Source of the DNA: Parcubacteria group bacterium
GTDB lineage: Bacteria > Patescibacteriota > Minisyncoccia > Moranbacterales > UBA11712
Direction of reading: 5' to 3'
Assembly (NCBI GenBank): GCA_041659685.1
Contig: JBAZXV010000007.1
Span: 6,348 to 70,347 of the forward strand
DNA length: 64,000 nt
Each line of letters opens with the position of its first letter. Within the stretch, counting starts at the first letter, position 1. The notes below the pieces were generated by a model. That model made no database searches. It had not been told where the DNA came from and saw nothing but the letters and a program-made list of their open reading frames with translations. This document shows positions 49,499-58,102 of the stretch, piece by piece. A program made the position numbers and the translations under genes.

Positions 49499-50104
49499 AT
49501 GGCGAAAAATTTTATTATTGAAGACTTCAAAAAAATATTGGTGTTGTATAAGTTAAAGGAAGTTTATCGCTCCTGCCATGTTTTGGACAGAAACGAAAGT
49601 TCGGCGGAGCATAGCTGGGGCTCGATGATTCTCGCCGATTATTTTCTGAGCAGAATGAAAACGAAGCTAAACAGGGAAAGGGTTATGGATATCTTACTCT
49701 ATCATGATTTGGTGGAAATCGAAGCGGGGGATACATATGTCCACGACAAAGAAGCGGCAAAAACCAAGAAGCAGAGAGAAAAGAAGGGGTTGGCCAGGCT
49801 TAAAAGAAGAATTCCTAAAGAACTGGTGAAAAAGTATGCCGGACTTTTTAAAGAATTTCAGGACCGCCAGACTGCTGAGGCTAAATTTGCTAATGCAATC
49901 GATAAACTTGATCCGATTATCCATTCTTTGGAAAACAGCCGCTCTTGGATCGAATGGGATCTGAGCGAGGAAGATATAAGGGAAGTAAAGGAAAAATATC
50001 TGGTATTTTCCAGGGAATTTATGAAAATATTAGATGAACTTCTCAAATATTTGAGGAAAAGCAATCTAATAAAAGGCAGCGGGGGAAAACAGAAAAGAAA
50101 GTAG
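49499..50104 (+). CDS. HD-domain phosphohydrolase (YfbR-like 5'-deoxynucleotidase fold)
   Basis: H..H ... HDLVEIEAGD metal-binding motifs. Confidence 0.7.
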   Translation: MAKNFIIEDFKKILVLYKLKEVYRSCHVLDRNESSAEHSWGSMILADYFLSRMKTKLNRERVMDILLYHDLVEIEAGDTYVHDKEAAKTKKQREKKGLARLKRRIPKELVKKYAGLFKEFQDRQTAEAKFANAIDKLDPIIHSLENSRSWIEWDLSEEDIREVKEKYLVFSREFMKILDELLKYLRKSNLIKGSGGKQKRK

Positions 50105-50205
50105 GGTGTTGACTCGAAATTTGCCGGATATTGCTTATTTTTCAGGGACTGTGCTATTATTCCCTAAGATTTCAGGGGGATTAATAAACTTTAATAAGAA
50201 ACCAC

Positions 50206-50475
50206 ATGAAAAAGAAAGAGCTCGTGGATGCGATTGTTGAGAAGACTCAACTCGCCAAAAAAGACGTAGTTGCGGTTATCGAGACAATGGCCGAAGTAGT
50301 AAAGGCAAATGTCGTTAAAGAGCCGGTTGAAATTCCGGGTCTTGTAAAGGTTGAGAAGAAGCATCGAGCCGCCAGAATGGGAAGAAACCCAATGACTGGG
50401 GAGAGCATCAGCATTCCTGCCAAGACTGTTCTTAAGGCCCGCGTTCTCAAGAAACTTAAAGACGCTGTAATGTAA
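50206..50475 (+). CDS. DNA-binding protein HU (HU/IHF family)
   Basis: 89 aa; MKKKELVDAIVEKT...GRNPMTGESISIPAK arm motif. Confidence 0.85.
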   Translation: MKKKELVDAIVEKTQLAKKDVVAVIETMAEVVKANVVKEPVEIPGLVKVEKKHRAARMGRNPMTGESISIPAKTVLKARVLKKLKDAVM

Positions 50476-50501
50476 TTTCAGAAATTCATTTCTGGAACTT
50501 C

Positions 50502-50534
50502 AAAAAATCCCGCATTCAGGCGGGATTTTTTTTC
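50502..50534 (+). terminator. rho-independent terminator after HU gene
   Basis: atcccgc-attcag-gcgggat followed by a T8 run. Confidence 0.65.
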
Positions 50535-50601
50535 GCAAAACATTCAATGTTGGGCAAATTCCAATATTGAATATTGCAACTGTATGCTTTATACTTAATC
50601 C

Positions 50602-51684
50602 ATGAATATTCTAGCCATAGAAACATCCTGTGACGATACAGCCGTTGCCCTTGTAAGAACCGAGAAGGGGAGCCTTTTTGTCACTGACAGTCTTATCTCT
50701 TCTCAGATAAAGGTTCATGCTCCTTTCGGAGGGGTCGTTCCGGATCTGACTGCCCGGGAGCATCTAAAAAATTTGCCCCGCCTTCTCAGAAAGATTTTTG
50801 ATAGGAACAAAATAACCGCCAAAGATATAGATTTGATTTCCGTCACTCAGGGACCGGGTCTGATTCCTGCGCTATTGATTGGGACTAATGCGGCAAAAGC
50901 CCTGGCTTATTCCTGGCGAAAGCCCCTGGTGGGGGTAAATCATGTTGCCGGACATATTTACGCCAATTTTATCGGGCTGAAAAATAAAATAAAAAAAGAT
51001 ATCAAGTTTCCGATATTGGCGCTGGTTGTTTCGGGAGGGCACACGGAGCTCATTGTTATGAAAAAGCATATGGATTTTAAAATCGTCGGACAGACGCTCG
51101 ATGATGCGGCAGGCGAGGCTTTTGACAAGGTGGCTAAAATTTTGGGTCTGGGATATCCAGGAGGGCCGAAAATCGCGGCTTACGCGGCGAAGCACGGAAC
51201 GTGTAACGCAGGGCGCAGAACGAAAGATAATAGTTATGCGCTTCCGCGGCCGATGATAAAAGCTGATAATCTTAATTTCTCTTTTTCCGGGCTCAAGACG
51301 GCTGTTCTCTATACCGTTCGGGATAATCCAAAAATTTTGAAAGACAAAAAACTCAGCCGGGAGCTTTGCGCGGAATTCCAACAGGCGGTGATCGATGTTC
51401 TTGTCCATAAAACCCTTAAAGCCGCCAGAAAATACAAGCCAAAAACGGTTATTCTCGGCGGCGGCGTGTCGGCCAATAAGGAACTTCGCAAACAACTCGG
51501 AAAAGCGATAAAGGATGCTCTTCCAAAAACCAAATATCAAATGCCGGATGCCGGGTACTCTCTTGATAACGCGGCCATGATCGCAACTTTGGGATATTAT
51601 AAATTCAATCTGGCAAAAAACAGAAAAATATTTGAAAGCAGCTGGAGAAAAATGGAAGCTGACGCCAATTTAAAATATAAATAA
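50602..51684 (+). CDS. tsaD: tRNA N6-adenosine threonylcarbamoyltransferase TsaD (Kae1/Gcp)
   Basis: MNILAIETSCDDTAVALV N-terminus; HxxGH (VNHVAGH) metal motif; 360 aa. Confidence 0.9.
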   Translation: MNILAIETSCDDTAVALVRTEKGSLFVTDSLISSQIKVHAPFGGVVPDLTAREHLKNLPRLLRKIFDRNKITAKDIDLISVTQGPGLIPALLIGTNAAKALAYSWRKPLVGVNHVAGHIYANFIGLKNKIKKDIKFPILALVVSGGHTELIVMKKHMDFKIVGQTLDDAAGEAFDKVAKILGLGYPGGPKIAAYAAKHGTCNAGRRTKDNSYALPRPMIKADNLNFSFSGLKTAVLYTVRDNPKILKDKKLSRELCAEFQQAVIDVLVHKTLKAARKYKPKTVILGGGVSANKELRKQLGKAIKDALPKTKYQMPDAGYSLDNAAMIATLGYYKFNLAKNRKIFESSWRKMEADANLKYK

Positions 51685-51687
51685 GCG

Positions 51688-52293
51688 ATGGGTATTTTTT
51701 TCGGAGTTCCAATCGTCGGAGTATTGATCGCTCTCGGGGCAGTTGTCGCCGAGCAGCTTTTAGCCGTCATTGCGGCCGTGTTATTTCAAAAAGAAATAAT
51801 GCTGGACGTCTATAACCACCTTGGTTTTTTTATAGTTGCGGCGGCAGTCATAGAAGAAGCTTTTAAATATATTGCCGTAAGCCAAATTCTTCGAAAAATT
51901 TTTGATCTTCGGGGCATGAAATTAATTTTTTCCGCCATTATGGCGGGATTATTTTTTGGGTTAACCGAAGTGTTTTTAGTTCTTGTCTCGAACGGAAAGA
52001 ATATAACGGATATCAAAAACCTCGGCAACGACACTCTCTTTTCTCTTTTAACCGTTATTTTAGTTCATATCCTGACAATCTTCATGATTTCTGTTTTGGT
52101 CGCGGTTCGCAGAGAAGATAAAATATTCAACGCATTCAAAATAATAATACCTCCGACCCTTGTCCATCTTCTCTATAATTTCCTCGTAATTCAAAAAGGC
52201 GAATATACAATCTGGCTGGTGAGCGTGACCCTGGCGGTAGTTTTCTTAGTGGACCTGTTTATTTTGTTTTTTAGTTTTCGGGATATTAATTGA
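51688..52293 (+). CDS. PrsW-like / CPBP-like intramembrane protease family membrane protein
   Basis: 201 aa, ~6 TM; EExxK-like (VIEEAFKY) and HxxxN (HLLYN) motifs. Confidence 0.45.
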   Translation: MGIFFGVPIVGVLIALGAVVAEQLLAVIAAVLFQKEIMLDVYNHLGFFIVAAAVIEEAFKYIAVSQILRKIFDLRGMKLIFSAIMAGLFFGLTEVFLVLVSNGKNITDIKNLGNDTLFSLLTVILVHILTIFMISVLVAVRREDKIFNAFKIIIPPTLVHLLYNFLVIQKGEYTIWLVSVTLAVVFLVDLFILFFSFRDIN

Positions 52294-52425
52294 CTTTTGC
52301 AACGGAAAAATAAAGCTCCTAATCGCATTACTGACAGCCTGACAGCCGACTTGATTAAATAGTGAAAAGAAATTATACTTATAATCAGCAAGGAATCACT
52401 TCTTTTAATTCGTATTTAGAATTCC

Positions 52426-52977
52426 ATGAAAGAAAAAAAATCATTTTTTGAGAGAATTACGGGCGCCAGCAGAGCGGATGGCGGCAACCAAGGGCAAAGC
52501 CCGTCCTATAACTACCCCCCTCCCCAGCCTTCTTACGGGGGAGGCCACTCCATTCAGACTCAAGCCAGTCCCCAAGATGACTATGCAGTCGAGCCAACCA
52601 CTCAGAACGTTCCTGCGGAACAGGATGAAAGCTGGGCTGGTGATTCAGAGGGACAGCTCACGATTGATGTTTACCAGACCGATAACGATATAGTAATAAA
52701 ATCAACCATCGCCGGAGTTAAGCCCGAGGATCTCGATGTTTCCATAAATAACGACATGGTGACCATTCGCGGTGACAGAAAGAACGAGGAGAAAGTCGAG
52801 GGAGAGAATTATTACTATCAGGAATGCTACTGGGGAACTTTTTCCCGGTCGGTTATTCTTCCGGTGGAAGTGATTGCCGACAAGGCCGAGGCTACGATGA
52901 AAAACGGAATCCTGACCATCCGTCTTCCGAAAGCGGACACAACCAAAACTAAGAGGATACAGGTCAGAGGTTTTTAG
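52426..52977 (+). CDS. Hsp20/alpha-crystallin family small heat-shock protein
   Basis: alpha-crystallin core LTIDVYQTDNDIVIKSTIAGVKPEDLDVSINNDMVTIRG; Q/G/P-rich N-terminus; -35/-10 TTGATT-17-TATACT upstream. Confidence 0.85.
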   Translation: MKEKKSFFERITGASRADGGNQGQSPSYNYPPPQPSYGGGHSIQTQASPQDDYAVEPTTQNVPAEQDESWAGDSEGQLTIDVYQTDNDIVIKSTIAGVKPEDLDVSINNDMVTIRGDRKNEEKVEGENYYYQECYWGTFSRSVILPVEVIADKAEATMKNGILTIRLPKADTTKTKRIQVRGF

Positions 52978-53044
52978 TAATTTTGGACTTAAAGAAGCTT
53001 TTGGAAACAGGTTTTCGTTTGAAAATCTGTTTTCTTTTCGGCCG

Positions 53045-54409
53045 GTGTCGGTGGGCAGTATCGCATCGTCTTGTAAGATGGGCAATTTTTCGCTATTCTT
53101 AATGCAGATGCAGAAAAATTATTTATTCATTTTAATAGCATTTTTTATTTTTCCGATTATTGCTCAAGCGGAGGAGATTAACTTGGGAAATTTCGATGTT
53201 AATGAGGTGCGAAGGATCACGGATACCCCGATATTTCTCCATGTGGGAGACAAGAAAATTCCGGTCGATAAAAAAAGCCTTCTTAGCTGGATGAAAATTC
53301 GCCCTTCGCTTAATATTAACCCGGCCTATAATTCTGAAGCAGAGAATATCAATTTTTTTCCGACAGACGATCCGGGAATGGAAATCTATTTCCGTTTTCT
53401 GAGCCGCAACCAAGATAAATATCACGCAAAAATTTCAACCAGCCTGTCGATTGACGAGGATGGATTAAGAAAATATCTCGACGGCGCAAAGAGCGAAACG
53501 CGCGTTGAGCCTGAAAATGCGCGGTTGGCTTTTTCAGACGGAAGGGCTTCCGCCTTCTCCCTCAGCAAAGAAGGCTATGAAATTAACACAGAGAAAAGCC
53601 TTCAAAAAATTATTGAAGCTCTGAAGCAGGATTCTTATGCGAAAGACATCAGTGTTGAATCGGATACGCTGGTCCCTGACGTTTCAAGCAGTAATCTCGA
53701 TAAGTACGGCATCAAGGAACTTGTCGGACAGGGGGTTTCCAACTTTCGGGGCTCTCCCAAAAATAGAATTCATAACATCGATACCGGGGCGTCAAAATTT
53801 AACGGCGTTCTCATCAAGCCGGGCGAGGAATTTTCGTTTATCAAAACTCTTGGCCCTGTTGACGCTTCAACGGGATATCTTCCCGAACTTGTCATAAAAG
53901 TGGATAAGACTATCCCTGAATACGGAGGGGGAATGTGCCAGGTTTCCACCACTGCCTTTCGAGCGGCTCTTAATGCAGGTCTTAAGATAACCGCCCGGAC
54001 CAATCACGCTTATCCGGTGCAGTACTATGCCCCTCAGGGAACGGATGCCACCGTATACATACCGAATCCTGATCTTAAATTCATTAATGACACGCCCGGA
54101 TATATTCTTATGCAAACCCATATTGAAGGAACTCAGCTCACATTTGATTTTTACGGCACCAGCGACGGGCGGCAGGCAAAACTTGTCGGTCCCACCGTTA
54201 CGTCGCGCGGAGAAGGCGGAGCTATGAAAACGGTACTCTATCAGGAAGTTTACGACGCAAGCGGAAATCTTCTCAGAAAGTCCGAATTCAAGAGCAGTTA
54301 CGACTCTCCGAGTAAGTATCCTCATCCGGGTGAAGAAAAGCTGACCGAAAAACCGGCCGACTGGTCAAGCAAAGAATGGAAAGCATATAAAAAAGCGAAT
54401 GGCATGTAA
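53045..54409 (+). CDS. VanW-family protein (secreted; likely start 53102 with signal peptide MQMQKNYLFILIAFFIFPIIAQA)
   Basis: VanW core GGGMCQVSTTAFRAALNAGL. Confidence 0.75.
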   Translation: MSVGSIASSCKMGNFSLFLMQMQKNYLFILIAFFIFPIIAQAEEINLGNFDVNEVRRITDTPIFLHVGDKKIPVDKKSLLSWMKIRPSLNINPAYNSEAENINFFPTDDPGMEIYFRFLSRNQDKYHAKISTSLSIDEDGLRKYLDGAKSETRVEPENARLAFSDGRASAFSLSKEGYEINTEKSLQKIIEALKQDSYAKDISVESDTLVPDVSSSNLDKYGIKELVGQGVSNFRGSPKNRIHNIDTGASKFNGVLIKPGEEFSFIKTLGPVDASTGYLPELVIKVDKTIPEYGGGMCQVSTTAFRAALNAGLKITARTNHAYPVQYYAPQGTDATVYIPNPDLKFINDTPGYILMQTHIEGTQLTFDFYGTSDGRQAKLVGPTVTSRGEGGAMKTVLYQEVYDASGNLLRKSEFKSSYDSPSKYPHPGEEKLTEKPADWSSKEWKAYKKANGM

Positions 54410-54484
54410 ATTTATTGACTTTAGCCGATAAATTGTTTATACTCTTCGAGTGTATTTTTATCATGCGAATAGCCGGATATTGAT

Positions 54485-54556
54485 GTCCTTGTAGTTCAAT
54501 GGATAGAACACCAGCCTTCTAAGCTGGTTATGCAGGTTCGATTCCTGCCGAGGACA
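54485..54556 (+). tRNA. tRNA-Arg (anticodon TCT)
   Basis: GTCCTTG/CGAGGAC acceptor, anticodon loop CTTCTAA, T-arm GCAGGTTCGATTCCTGC. Confidence 0.8.
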
Positions 54557-54559
54557 CAT
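54542..54559 (+). repeat. 18-nt direct repeat, copy 1 (3' end of tRNA-Arg, ttcctgccgaggacacat)
   Basis: Exact second copy at 54661..54678, about 100 bp downstream. Confidence 0.6.
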
Positions 54560-54660
54560 CGAACGGGAAAGGGGTCGGGAAAGCGGGAGTTTTCCCGGGG
54601 TGGAAGAATTGAAACCGCAGGGTTTCAAGGAGCTCCGCCAGCCGGCAGAGCGACGTTCGC

Positions 54661-54678
54661 TTCCTGCCGAGGACACAT
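54661..54678 (+). repeat. 18-nt direct repeat, copy 2 (duplicate of the tRNA-Arg 3' end)
   Basis: ttcctgccgaggacacat identical to 54542..54559; no tRNA body precedes it. Confidence 0.6.
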
Positions 54679-54698
54679 AATAGGCATAAAAATATTTT

Positions 54699-54771
54699 GC
54701 GTCGTTAGCTCAGTTGGTAGAGCAGGGGACTCTTAATCCCAAGGTCGCAGGTTCGATCCCTGCACGACGCA
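54699..54771 (+). tRNA. tRNA-Lys (anticodon CTT)
   Basis: GCGTCGTTAGCTCAGTTGGTAGAGC... close to the E. coli tRNA-Lys scaffold; anticodon loop CTCTTAA. Confidence 0.85.
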
Positions 54772-54822
54772 CAGAAATGATTCCCAAAATATTCACAATT
54801 TATATTTTAGATGTGAATTTAT

Positions 54823-54894
54823 GGCGGCCATCGTTCAATGGCAGGACATTGGGTTGTGGTCCCAAGAACCTGGGTTCGATTCCCAGTGGCCGCC
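54823..54894 (+). tRNA. tRNA-His (anticodon GTG) with encoded G-1
   Basis: Extra 5' G pairing with discriminator C; anticodon loop TTGTGGT; T-arm CTGGGTTCGATTCCCAG. Confidence 0.85.
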
Positions 54895-54906
54895 CAAGAA
54901 ACAAAA

Positions 54907-54931
54907 AACATTCCCTTGGGAATGTTTTTTG
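54907..54931 (+). terminator. rho-independent terminator after the tRNA cluster
   Basis: aacattccc-ttg-ggaatgtt followed by TTTT. Confidence 0.65.
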
Positions 54932-54954
54932 CTGCCTGAATGTCGAAGTTGATA

Positions 54955-55026
54955 TCTGAGATTGTGTCCCCGCGAGGAATCGAACCTCGATTTCAGGCTC
55001 CGCAAGCCTACGCTCTATCCGTTGAG
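54955..55026 (-). tRNA. tRNA-Arg (anticodon GCG, provisional)
   Basis: Minus-strand GTCCCCGTAGCTCAACGGATAGAGCGTAGGCTTGCGGAGCCTG...CGAGGTTCGATTCCTCGCGGGGACA; loop TTGCGGA with G37. Confidence 0.65.
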
Positions 55027-55099
55027 CTACGGGGACGTATATTCTTTGCCTGTATGCCAAAAATCTTAAAGCCTGTGGAAAATACAAGACAGACTATAA

Positions 55100-55669
55100 T
55101 CACAATCCGATTATTCTCTCAAGTCTGTCGATTATTGTCAATTCCTGCCTGATTTCGGGCAAGTATTGAACGAGGACTTCCCGAATTAAAATCGGATTGG
55201 CGGTTCCAATCGGTACGTGAATATGAGGAAGGAAATTTTTTTTACTGTGAAGGCTCAGAATCTTTATATTTTCTTCTGTCTCATAAAATATCCAGAAACT
55301 CTTGAGATCTTCAAACCGGTAAAAATAATTGTCGACCCGCACTCCGTCAGGGCTTATATCCATTTGAATATTCCGCGGTTCCCGTTCGGCGTAAACGTAG
55401 CCCAGGGTGCCGATTAGTATGAAAGTTATGGCCATTAGAATACTGTTTGTCACCAGCGCATAAACGATCACGGCGAGGAGTATTCCGCCCATTGTGAGAT
55501 ACCAGCGGGGATGCTTTTCTTCATGGTCGTATTCAGGCGCTTCCCAGGAAAACGACGGTTCGTCTTCTTCGATATTTTGAATATCCGCTTCCTGATTTTT
55601 TCCTGGATGCGAAGACTGGGCATAAGGCCTTCTGACGGCTTGGCGATTTTTATTTTTTGAAACTTCCAT
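55100..55669 (-). CDS. hypothetical membrane protein (2 TM, charged N-terminus)
   Basis: 189 aa; no recognisable catalytic motif. Confidence 0.4.
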   Translation of the reverse strand: MEVSKNKNRQAVRRPYAQSSHPGKNQEADIQNIEEDEPSFSWEAPEYDHEEKHPRWYLTMGGILLAVIVYALVTNSILMAITFILIGTLGYVYAEREPRNIQMDISPDGVRVDNYFYRFEDLKSFWIFYETEENIKILSLHSKKNFLPHIHVPIGTANPILIREVLVQYLPEIRQELTIIDRLERIIGL

Positions 55670-55705
55670 TGATATTGATATTCGGATTATTTATTTTTTC
55701 GTAAT

Positions 55706-55795
55706 TGGCGGAGGAGGAGGGATTTGAACCCCCGGTACCTTTTCAGGTACTCCGGTTTTCAAGACCGGTCCATTCAGCCGCTCTGGCACTCCTCC
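55706..55795 (-). tRNA. tRNA-Ser (anticodon TGA), CCA encoded
   Basis: Minus-strand GGAGGAGTGCCAGAGCGGCTGAATGG...CTTGAAA loop, long variable arm, T-arm GGGGGTTCAAATCCCTC, 3' GCCA. Confidence 0.85.
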
Positions 55796-55814
55796 ATGAG
55801 GGAATATACTCATT

Positions 55815-55905
55815 CGGAAGGGGAGGGATTCGAACCCTCGATACGGTTTTAACGCCGTATAACAGGTTAGCAACCTATCGCTTTCAGCCTCTCAGCCACC
55901 CTTCC
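55815..55905 (-). tRNA. tRNA-Ser (anticodon GCT)
   Basis: Minus-strand GGAAGGGTGGCTGAGAGGCTGAAAGC...TTGCTAA loop, long variable arm, T-arm GAGGGTTCGAATCCCTC, discriminator G. Confidence 0.85.
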
Positions 55906-55911
55906 AGATAT

Positions 55912-56922
55912 TTATTTTAAAAATAGCTTTTTTAGGTGTTTTTTGTTGCTTGATCCCACGATTTCGAAATATTTCCGGACATTTCGCGTGTTTTCAATCT
56001 TTATTTCCTTATTCCTATGTATTCTAGGCTTTAATCCAATATTTTTCAAGATCCCGAAAACCGTAAGGAGAAGCGGCGGGGATAAACTGCAGAAAGATAA
56101 TTTATGATAACAGTAAAACTTATTATTAATGATGTATTTATGTTTGTAGACAGACCCGTCAGTGTCAACAAGCCCTCGCAAGCAGGCTATCTCATATTTC
56201 TTGTTTTGTCTTATCCATCTTGGAATATCGATTTTTTGTTTAATCTTATTGCCGATTTTTAATCCTATTTTTTGCGTGAGAAAAGCCACTAGTTCCGTGC
56301 GAGATATCACAATTGTATCCGCTTTGCTTTTAGGATCCGAATATAAACCAGGAGAAACGCCGAACAAGTCCGTGATCGTTTTTTTTACAAACCGAATATA
56401 GTCTCGATCAGTTTCACGGTTCAATGAAATTGAAACTTGTCTCTTGCTTATGCCTCCGTCTCCCAGGACTATGCCGACAAATTCCGCTAGCTTAGTGGAA
56501 AATGACGGTTTCTTTATTGAGAGTCGCTTATTGATGATGGGATGTTTCTTAAATCTCCCTTCCTTTTCCCACCATTCCCGCCATTTTTTTATTCTTGTTT
56601 TAGGATTGCCGCCAATAATCTTATATTTTTTCAGTACGGCGAGTCCGCCTTTTCGAGCGCCCTTATTGGCGTACCAATAGGGTGAAAGTAATTTAACATT
56701 TTCGGGAATATTGAGAGTCGCTTTTTTTCGGATGATTTTTGCGGCGCTTAAAGGCAAAGTAATTTTTTCCCGTTTCCAGTCTGAAAGAGTTCTTTCGCTT
56801 ATCTTCAATAGTTTGGCGAATTCACGCCAATCCATACCAAGCTTGTTTTTTGCGGCAAAAAGAAAATCCCTCTGCTTTTCCTTTGGGAATTTGACTCTTT
56901 TGGATTTATACCTCTCAGCCAT
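55912..56922 (-). CDS. LAGLIDADG-family homing-endonuclease-like protein (two motifs) with N-terminal HTH-like region
   Basis: LAEFVGIVLGDGGIS and LRGLVDTDGSVYK are the two LAGLIDADG catalytic motifs; 336 aa; stop 7 nt from tRNA-Ser. Confidence 0.75.
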   Translation of the reverse strand: MAERYKSKRVKFPKEKQRDFLFAAKNKLGMDWREFAKLLKISERTLSDWKREKITLPLSAAKIIRKKATLNIPENVKLLSPYWYANKGARKGGLAVLKKYKIIGGNPKTRIKKWREWWEKEGRFKKHPIINKRLSIKKPSFSTKLAEFVGIVLGDGGISKRQVSISLNRETDRDYIRFVKKTITDLFGVSPGLYSDPKSKADTIVISRTELVAFLTQKIGLKIGNKIKQKIDIPRWIRQNKKYEIACLRGLVDTDGSVYKHKYIINNKFYCYHKLSFCSLSPPLLLTVFGILKNIGLKPRIHRNKEIKIENTRNVRKYFEIVGSSNKKHLKKLFLK

Positions 56923-56960
56923 GCTTCCATAATGATCTATCTCGTATCTCCGGTCAATGT

Positions 56961-57749
56961 TTATTTTTTAAACGTTTGCCGCGAGATTACCGCTGCGGAG
57001 ACCTTTTTCGCCCCGTTTTGTTTGAGAATCTTGGCGCATTCCTGCAAAGTGGCTCCGGTGGTGGCAATATCATCGACAAGAAGCACTGACTTTTTTTTCA
57101 AGATATTTTCTCCGAAATCAGTTTTAATCGAAAATATCCCTTTGACATTTCTTAGTCTTTCCTGAAAACGGCTTATTTTCATTTGAGCTTTGCTGTTCCT
57201 ATCCCTTTGCAATATTTCAATAACTTTAATTTCCATGGAAGGGGCAAGATTCAGTGATATTTTTTTTGCCAAAAGGAAACTTTGGTTGAATCCCCGCCAT
57301 CGCAATCGTCTCGGATGCAGAGGAACCGGGACTATGAAATCAGGAAGTAAAATGTCGTTTTTTATCAATGCTCTTGTCATAATATCAGAAAGGGGAACCG
57401 AGGAATCAGCCACGAACCGATACTTTAAATTATGAACCAGTCTTCGAATAATTTCACTGTCATATGAAGCGGCGGCTATCAATGAGTCCAGGTATGATCC
57501 CTTTAATTTTTTGCACCGGGGGCATAAAGCGCCCTTTTCAGAAATAAACTTTTCACAATCCGGACAAAGCTGGTAATCAAGCGGATTTATCGCAGGCAAG
57601 CATTCAGGGCAAAGCCAAAATTTCTCTTTTCCGCATCTTAGGCAAGTTATGGGAAAAAGAGTGTCAAGAATGTTCTTTCTTATTAATTTTGAATAGTTTG
57701 GCATAAAAATAGAAAATTTTTTGCGAAAAGGCCTGAGTTGATTATACAT
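56961..57749 (-). CDS. comF: ComF family protein (competence; zinc-ribbon plus phosphoribosyltransferase domain)
   Basis: Double CxxC zinc ribbons (CLRCG..CPEC, CPDC..CPRC) and PRTase motif VLLVDDIATTGATL. Confidence 0.75.
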   Translation of the reverse strand: MYNQLRPFRKKFSIFMPNYSKLIRKNILDTLFPITCLRCGKEKFWLCPECLPAINPLDYQLCPDCEKFISEKGALCPRCKKLKGSYLDSLIAAASYDSEIIRRLVHNLKYRFVADSSVPLSDIMTRALIKNDILLPDFIVPVPLHPRRLRWRGFNQSFLLAKKISLNLAPSMEIKVIEILQRDRNSKAQMKISRFQERLRNVKGIFSIKTDFGENILKKKSVLLVDDIATTGATLQECAKILKQNGAKKVSAAVISRQTFKK

Positions 57750-58102
57750 GACAAAAAACGAAACGGAACAGGGGAATAGGCGCGTTGCGGCTTTAATGAC
57801 GCGTTCTCAGAAAATTTGCCCTTTGCGGGTTGCTGTCTTTTCTAAAATATGCTAAAATTAACGATATAAGGGAAAAGACATGTGCGTTTAATCTATGGAA
57901 GAAAATGGAGTAATTTAGATTTGGTCTTCATGGGGCGTTGATCGCATTTGATCTCAAAGAATTAGCTATATAAAAACAAAAATGGTTTGCCGTGTCTTGA
58001 AAGCAGAATATTTTAATATTTTTTTATCTAAACAAGCCCAAGCGGATTTTGAGCGGCTTGTTTTTATTTGAATTCTGGCTCTAAAAGTAACAATCAATCT
58101 TA

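Noticed and set aside
54530-55152. Several 60-95 aa ORFs (54530..54736, 54714..54959, 54800..55087, 54940..55152)
   Set aside because: They overlap four tRNA genes and the terminator, so they are products of the six-frame scan.
55691-55920. Two short ORFs overlapping the tRNA-Ser genes
   Set aside because: They overlap well-formed tRNA-Ser genes, including an encoded CCA, and are not coding.
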